Shown: piece by piece, positions 58,532 to 64,000 of the stretch | Position numbering within the stretch: position 1 is the first letter of the stretch | Layout: every line of letters starts with the position of its first letter | NCBI GenBank assembly: GCA_963797095.1 | Contig: CAWCNY010000003.1 | Coordinates: 576,001 to 640,000 of the forward strand | Length of the DNA: 64,000 nt | Direction of reading: 5' to 3' | Origin: an uncultured Chloroflexia bacterium | GTDB taxonomy: Bacteria > Chloroflexota > Chloroflexia > QHBQ01 > JADMIH01 | Position numbers and translations under genes: made by a program | The notes under the pieces: model-generated | Databases searched by the model: none | The model's input: the letters and a program-made list of their open reading frames with translations, nothing else | What the model was told of the DNA's origin: nothing

Positions 58532-60529
58532 TTAGCGCCCAGCGCGCTGGCGTGACTGCGTTCGAAGCGTTTTGCACGTCACCGTGCAATTACGCCCCCG
58601 GCTCTTCGCTTCATACAGCGCTCTATCGGCAGCCTGAATAATATCTATCTCATTCTGCGCATCTTGCGGCAGCGAGGCCACTCCCGCGCTGATTGTTATC
58701 GGAATCAACACTTCTTGCTTGCGACCCCGTGTAATCTGCATAAATTTGAAAGGCTGGGTGGCAATAGCATTCCGCAAGCGCTCCGCTATCTCATACGCGG
58801 TCTCCGAATCTGCTCCGGGCAGGATCACGGCCAGTTCCTCTCCACCATACCTGGTGGCCTTATCCTCCACCCGCACCATCTCCTGCGTAAGCTTGGCGAT
58901 CCAGCGCAATACGTCGTCGCCAACCTGGTGGCCGTAACTATCGTTCACCGTCTTGAAGTGGTCGATATCGAGCAACACTAGAGCCGCAGGTATATTAGTT
59001 CGCTCGTACTGCTCTGCCTGTTCCCTCAGGATGCGCTGCATCTCCCTCCGGTTGTACAATCCCGTCAATCCATCGCGCATTGCCAGGTCGCGCAATACCG
59101 CCTCAGCACGCTTGCGATCCGTGATGTCGCGGGCCACCACACACAGAACCTCTCTCCCCCCATACATAATCGGGTTATCGCTCACCTCCACGGGCACTAT
59201 CGAGCCGCTCCTGCGCTTGTAGCGCCGCTCCGAGGACCAGTGTAACGTGCTGGTCGTACGATTGCCGGTGAGCAAGCCCGTTCGCCTGTCCGTATCAGGC
59301 TCCATCACATCCTCAAGCCTCACGCCTAATAGCTCCTCCTGGCTATACCCGAGCAAAGTCTGCGAGGCCGCGTTTGCATCCAGAAACCTTCCGGTCTGCG
59401 CGTCCACCAGGAAGATCGCATCCGTGGTCTGTTCGACTACCGCCCTGTACTTCTCCTCGCTCTCCTTTTGCTCTTCTCTCGAACGCTGTAGCGCCGATAA
59501 CATGCCATTGATAGAGGCACCCAGGCTCGACAGTTCGTCATTACCTCCTATCGCAACTCTGCCCGACATATCAGTGGTGGACTCTATCCTGCCCATATCG
59601 CTCCTGAGATGGGCCAACCTTGATAGCACCAACCTCTCCAGGAGCAGCACAATCACTCCCCCAAACACCAGGCCCGCCACGATCAGCGTAACCACGTAAT
59701 ACCGTATCGTCTGTTGCCCACGTGCATACATGTTTCGTGGCATCTCTACCTTCAGAACCAGCGCGGGCTTGTTATATACATCATTCAGCAGCTTGTACCC
59801 CACCATGGCGGTAGAACTGAGAGCCTTCAATGCCACCGGCGAAGCCTCTGTCAGCCCGGGGAGCACCTCCTTGAGATCTTCGGTCATCCCCGGATTATCA
59901 ACACTCTCCAGCGTAATACCCAGTAATGTCGCTTTGGCAAGATGCGCCATAGCGCCTTCGTCGAGGAACCGCCCGAAAATGAGGGTGCCCGCTACCGGGC
60001 TATCGCCTGCGCTGGTCAATATCGGTTCGGAGGCCAGCAGCATATCAGCCCCCGGCAACGACAGCAGACCTGTAATACTGCTGTTCGCATCTTTGTGGTC
60101 GAGAAGTGGGCTGCCCAGGTAAATCTGCTCCCTCAACCCGTCGGGAACAGGTATCGTCCTGCCGTTATGATAGTCGAAGGTCTTCACAACAACGATATTC
60201 GCGTTCGAGTCGATAAACATCATCAAATTGAGTTGATTGCCAACCATCGGCGTATCATTCGCCAGATTGGCATCAAAATAGCTCTCGTCGCGCCCTTCAA
60301 TGTAGTTGTAAGTATCGTCCCAGATAGACCAATCGCGAGTGGTGCCTTCCAGCAACTTCAGATTGTCATCCAGGGCGCTCTGTACTCGCTCTACGTTTTG
60401 CTGCATCTCCTGCTTTTCCTGGTCGGCAAAGCTCCCCAGCACGATAACCTGCGAGGCAAAATAGAGCGCTACTATAAGGGTCATAGTTGTTAAAGCAATG
60501 ACCCCCAATGTTCTTTTCTGCAATGTCAT
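58532..60529 (-). CDS. Diguanylate cyclase (TM-CHASE4-TM-HAMP-PAS-GGDEF)
   Basis: DWSIWDDTY, GTLIFGR, GNDEL..L, ARDITDRK, DGLTGLYNRR, DIDHFKTVNDSYGH, I-site RVED, RYGGEEL. Likely start MTLQKR. Confidence 0.92.
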   Translation of the reverse strand: MTLQKRTLGVIALTTMTLIVALYFASQVIVLGSFADQEKQEMQQNVERVQSALDDNLKLLEGTTRDWSIWDDTYNYIEGRDESYFDANLANDTPMVGNQLNLMMFIDSNANIVVVKTFDYHNGRTIPVPDGLREQIYLGSPLLDHKDANSSITGLLSLPGADMLLASEPILTSAGDSPVAGTLIFGRFLDEGAMAHLAKATLLGITLESVDNPGMTEDLKEVLPGLTEASPVALKALSSTAMVGYKLLNDVYNKPALVLKVEMPRNMYARGQQTIRYYVVTLIVAGLVFGGVIVLLLERLVLSRLAHLRSDMGRIESTTDMSGRVAIGGNDELSSLGASINGMLSALQRSREEQKESEEKYRAVVEQTTDAIFLVDAQTGRFLDANAASQTLLGYSQEELLGVRLEDVMEPDTDRRTGLLTGNRTTSTLHWSSERRYKRRSGSIVPVEVSDNPIMYGGREVLCVVARDITDRKRAEAVLRDLAMRDGLTGLYNRREMQRILREQAEQYERTNIPAALVLLDIDHFKTVNDSYGHQVGDDVLRWIAKLTQEMVRVEDKATRYGGEELAVILPGADSETAYEIAERLRNAIATQPFKFMQITRGRKQEVLIPITISAGVASLPQDAQNEIDIIQAADRALYEAKSRGRNCTVTCKTLRTQSRQRAGR

Positions 60530-60829
60530 CCGAATATCTCCGTTGCGATCCCCCGTCGGCGACGAAATATCACTATGAGGGCAAGAAACGAGGCCCTGCC
60601 CCAGGTACGCAATACGCCCGATACTAATACGATCATAGCAAGCCCCATAAGCTTTGTTTATGGCAAAGTAGTCCCGATTGAGCAACCAATAAGTACTACT
60701 AGCCCGCTAGCACCATAGCTGTATTTCCGCCTGCTCCAGCCATCTCCATACAGACAAAAAACCGCGAACTGAGGTACAATAGGGGGCTTGGACCCGATAG
60801 CGAAATTAGCCACCGGATAGGAGTGAACG

Positions 60830-61354
60830 ATGAACGTCCTGGAAGCCATCCGCAGGAAGCGCGCCGTGCGCAAATACAGGGACGAGCCGCTTCCACAAGA
60901 GGTGATCGAGCAAATTATCTATGCAGGCAGGCGTGCCCAGTCCTCAAAGAACTCCCAACCCTGGCACTTCATCGCCATCCAGGATCGCCAGACCCTTGCC
61001 GCCCTGGCACAGATGGGCGACTTCACCAGGCACCTCCCTCACGCCGCACTGGCGGTCGCCATCCTTACCCCCGACCCGGTCGCCTCCTACTGGGTGATGT
61101 TTGACGCAGGCCAGGCTGCTGCCTACATGCAACTGGCCGCCCTTGAGCTTGGCGTGGGTTCCTGCGTCACAACTCTGCATAGACCTGAGCCATCGCGGGA
61201 GCTACTCGGCTATCCCAACGATCTCTACCTGAAGATGCTCGTAGCCTTCGGCTACCCCGCCGATCCGGCCGACCTGGAGGCCCCACCGAGGCCGGGAGGC
61301 CGTCGCTCCGTGGATGACACCGTCCACTTCGAGCATTGGAACTCAAGGAAATAA
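60830..61354 (+). CDS. Nitroreductase family protein
   Basis: IRRKRAVRKY, SSKNSQPWHF, DAGQAAAYMQLAA..LGVGSC, FGYP. Confidence 0.92.
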   Translation: MNVLEAIRRKRAVRKYRDEPLPQEVIEQIIYAGRRAQSSKNSQPWHFIAIQDRQTLAALAQMGDFTRHLPHAALAVAILTPDPVASYWVMFDAGQAAAYMQLAALELGVGSCVTTLHRPEPSRELLGYPNDLYLKMLVAFGYPADPADLEAPPRPGGRRSVDDTVHFEHWNSRK

Positions 61355-61376
61355 CCCATTTACCACCTGAGGAGAA

Positions 61377-62810
61377 ATGAGAGTGAACGATTCTTCTGCA
61401 ACGAACCCAACCCAAGGCCCCGCCACCACCACGCTCAACACAGACCAATTGGCAAAACACCTGGCAGGCGAGTTGATCCTCCCCGGTGACGCCGACTACG
61501 AAACCGCCCGCGTGCCCTGGAACAAAGTCTTTGGCCGTCACCCTAAAATGATCGTGCGCTGCCGCACCACCGCCGACGTGGTTCACACCATCCGGTTCGC
61601 CCGCGATAACAACCTTCCAATATCAGTGCGCAGTGGTGGTCACAGCCCATCCGGCCTCTGCGTGGTTGATGACGGCGTGGTGATCGACCTCTCCCTCATG
61701 ACCGACCTCACCACCGACCCTGAGAGCAAAACAGCCAGGGTCGGGGCGGGCCTTACCTGGGGCGCTGTCACCCAGCAGGTCAACGCGCACGGCTTCGCCA
61801 TTCCCGCAGGCGACACTGCCACCGTCGGCGTCGGCGGCCTCACACTCGCAGGCGGCATCGGGTGGCTGGTACGCAAATACGGCCTCACCATCGACCATCT
61901 ACTATGCGCCGAGATCGTCACTGCCGACGGGCAGGTGCTCACCGCCAGCGAAACCGAGCACCCCGATCTCTTCTGGGCGATACGCGGCGGCGGCGGCAAT
62001 TTCGGGGTCGCCACTTCCTTCGAGTTTAGCCTAACCCCCCTCAACATGGTGCTGGCCGGGATGCTGGCGTTCCCCGCCACCCCTGATATTTTGCCTGCCT
62101 ATTTCAAGATCGCGTCCGAAGCGCCCGAAGAATTGACCACCATCTCTATGCTGATGCTGGGTCCTCCTATGCCTATGCTCCCCGCCGAGTATCACGGCAA
62201 GCCCGTTTTCTTTGTCCTTATCTGCTATGCGGGTAACCCCCAGGATGGCGAGCAAGCGGTGGCCCCACTGCGCGCCCTCTCCCCACCTATAGTGCAAATG
62301 GTCCAGCCCATGCCCTATTCCGCTATCTACAGGCTTTCGGAAGAAGGCGAGGCCAGCCGCCCGGCAAGCGTAAGGTCCATGTTCCTCGACGGCATAGATG
62401 CTGAAACTACCGCCTCGCTGCTTCAGCACCTCAGCAAGCCAAGCTCCCCGATGGTTATGCTCCAGTTTCGGGTGCTCGGAGGAGCCATGGCCCGCGTCCC
62501 CTCCGACGCCACCGCCTTCGCCCACCGCGACAAGAAATACCTGGTGACCATCATCAACGCGTGGATGAACCCCGCCTCCACCCAGGCGGAGCTTGATAAT
62601 CACAGGGCCTGGACCGAAGCCGTCTGGCGCACCTTGCAATCACACGCCAATGGCGTATATGTGAGCTTCCTCGGCGACGAAGACGAATCAGCCATACAAC
62701 AGGCCTACCCGCCCGACACATACAACCGCCTGGCAGCCATCAAACGCCGCTACGACCCAACCAACATCTTCAAAGGCAATCGCAACATCCCACCTGCCGC
62801 CGAATCTTGA
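61377..62810 (+). CDS. FAD-binding oxidoreductase (BBE/VAO family)
   Basis: VRSGGHS, VGVGGLTLAGGIG, DLFWAIRGGGGNFGV, RLAAIKRRYDPTNIF. Confidence 0.93.
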   Translation: MRVNDSSATNPTQGPATTTLNTDQLAKHLAGELILPGDADYETARVPWNKVFGRHPKMIVRCRTTADVVHTIRFARDNNLPISVRSGGHSPSGLCVVDDGVVIDLSLMTDLTTDPESKTARVGAGLTWGAVTQQVNAHGFAIPAGDTATVGVGGLTLAGGIGWLVRKYGLTIDHLLCAEIVTADGQVLTASETEHPDLFWAIRGGGGNFGVATSFEFSLTPLNMVLAGMLAFPATPDILPAYFKIASEAPEELTTISMLMLGPPMPMLPAEYHGKPVFFVLICYAGNPQDGEQAVAPLRALSPPIVQMVQPMPYSAIYRLSEEGEASRPASVRSMFLDGIDAETTASLLQHLSKPSSPMVMLQFRVLGGAMARVPSDATAFAHRDKKYLVTIINAWMNPASTQAELDNHRAWTEAVWRTLQSHANGVYVSFLGDEDESAIQQAYPPDTYNRLAAIKRRYDPTNIFKGNRNIPPAAES

Positions 62811-62838
62811 AGCAGATCAGCTTCCGGAATAGACAGCC

Positions 62839-64000
62839 CTAAACCTTGTTCCCGGCCGTGCTGTAAGAGTGCGCGGGCACCTCGCTCCCCGCAGGGACAC
62901 CTACATCAGGCCCCTGCCCGGAAGCCATGTGCGATGCAGGCAGCGTCACAATGAAACGTGCCCCCGCTCCCGGAGCCAACTCCGCTTCTATGGTCCCGCC
63001 GTGCGCCTGCACTATAGACCGCGCGATAGCCAGCCCCAACCCAGTGCTGCCCGTAGTGCGCGCCCGCGAAGGGTCGCCCCTGTAGAACCGGTCGAATATG
63101 TACGGGATATCCTCAGGTGCGATACCAGGTCCGGTGTCCCGTACCTCTAGACGCACATGGTTTCCTTCAACCATCTGCGCCGACAGCGTTACCACTCCCT
63201 CAGACGGAGTATAGCGCAGCGCATTATCCACCAGGTTCAAGAGTACCTGTTTCAACCTGTCCGCATCCGCCTGCACGCCTATCGGGCCGTCATTCGCGTG
63301 CTCTACCTGCAACCGCACCTCCCTGGCCTCGGCGAGCGCGCTTACCTGTTCCGCGATATTATCCAGCAGTTTGCCTGCGTCCACCTTGGCGAACGACATC
63401 GGCGCGGCGCTATCCAGGCGCGACAGCGTCAGCAGATCCGACACCAGCCGGGCCATCCGCCCAAGCTCTCCATGCATAGAACGCGCCATCCGCTGCACCG
63501 CCCGCCCGTCGCCCCGGTCCGCACCCAGCAGCAACATCTCGCTCATCCCTTCAAGCGAAGTGAGGGGCGTGCGCAATTCATGCGAGGCATCGGCCACGAA
63601 CCTCCTCTGGGCATGCAAACTGGCGGCCAGCCTGTCAACCATGTGGTCGAATGCGCCCCCCAGCCGTGCCACCTCATTCCCGCCTTCAGGCAACCGCAGC
63701 CGCCTGTTCAGGTCGCCGCCCGCGATAGCCACCGCCGTATGCGCCATCCTGTCCAGCGGGCGCAACACCGTCCTCGTCAGCCACAGCACCACCACCACCC
63801 CGGCCACCGTACCCACGATCACCCCCAGCACCAGGTACAGCCCCAGTTGGTTGAGTATCGCATCCGCCCCCTCCATAGACGCCGATTGCATCAGGAGGAA
63901 ACTCTGCCCACCCTCCACAGGGAAGTTGAGGTTCAACGCCTCCACCACCACCAATTGCCGCCCGCCGGTGGCGGCTGGCACCACCCACTGAGCGGTCGAA
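62839..64000 (-). CDS. Sensor histidine kinase (HAMP-HisKA-HATPase), 5' end outside the window
   Basis: FVADASHELRTPL, QVLLNLVDNA, DTGPGI, IFDRFYR, GLGLAI. Confidence 0.93.
   Translation of the reverse strand, partial: STAQWVVPAATGGRQLVVVEALNLNFPVEGGQSFLLMQSASMEGADAILNQLGLYLVLGVIVGTVAGVVVVLWLTRTVLRPLDRMAHTAVAIAGGDLNRRLRLPEGGNEVARLGGAFDHMVDRLAASLHAQRRFVADASHELRTPLTSLEGMSEMLLLGADRGDGRAVQRMARSMHGELGRMARLVSDLLTLSRLDSAAPMSFAKVDAGKLLDNIAEQVSALAEAREVRLQVEHANDGPIGVQADADRLKQVLLNLVDNALRYTPSEGVVTLSAQMVEGNHVRLEVRDTGPGIAPEDIPYIFDRFYRGDPSRARTTGSTGLGLAIARSIVQAHGGTIEAELAPGAGARFIVTLPASHMASGQGPDVGVPAGSEVPAHSYSTAGNKV

Noticed and set aside
58532-60529. Diguanylate cyclase as the regulator of the glycan locus
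   Set aside because: Plausible in general, but the architecture is ordinary, it is far from the locus, and no c-di-GMP effector is visible.
1-64000. tRNA, rRNA, known riboswitches (including c-di-GMP), PEP-CTERM or sortase signals
   Set aside because: No recognisable consensus found by eye; a covariance-model search would be needed to exclude them fully.

Overview
Bacterial chromosomal window, probably Chloroflexota (inferred from the Cys-loop SLH modules, Thr/Pro linkers and transposase type). 2-31 kb is a cell-surface polysaccharide locus: priming GT, WecG/TagA-like GT, GT2, GT4, Wzx flippase, two LbH acyltransferases, two SAM methyltransferases, a ~1,890-aa frameshifted repeat protein ending in a CE4 deacetylase, an RcnA-like Ni/Co transporter and two SLH proteins. 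It carries four IS elements (ISNCY-like, IS3, IS256, IS630). 32-38 kb is an AsnB / PP-loop ATPase / ACP / adenylate ligase / SGNH-like cassette flanked by two orphan OmpR regulators. Next come a NarL two-component system with an ABC exporter, a ynb-like phospholipid operon, an MBL gene between 245-bp direct repeats, an ACP / acetyltransferase / TPR-FkbH cassette, a third SLH glycosidase, and ordinary metabolic and signalling genes. The most unusual signals are: six phased TACG-N8-CGTA palindromes at an exact 23-bp period (26891-27021); two carrier-protein cassettes beside a glycan locus; a Ni/Co exporter in line with a secreted deacetylase; and three G>A changes at would-be GANTC sites, suggesting a methylation footprint or base-calling artefact. 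No rRNA, tRNA or CRISPR array was seen. Family calls come from motif recognition by eye, not database searches.
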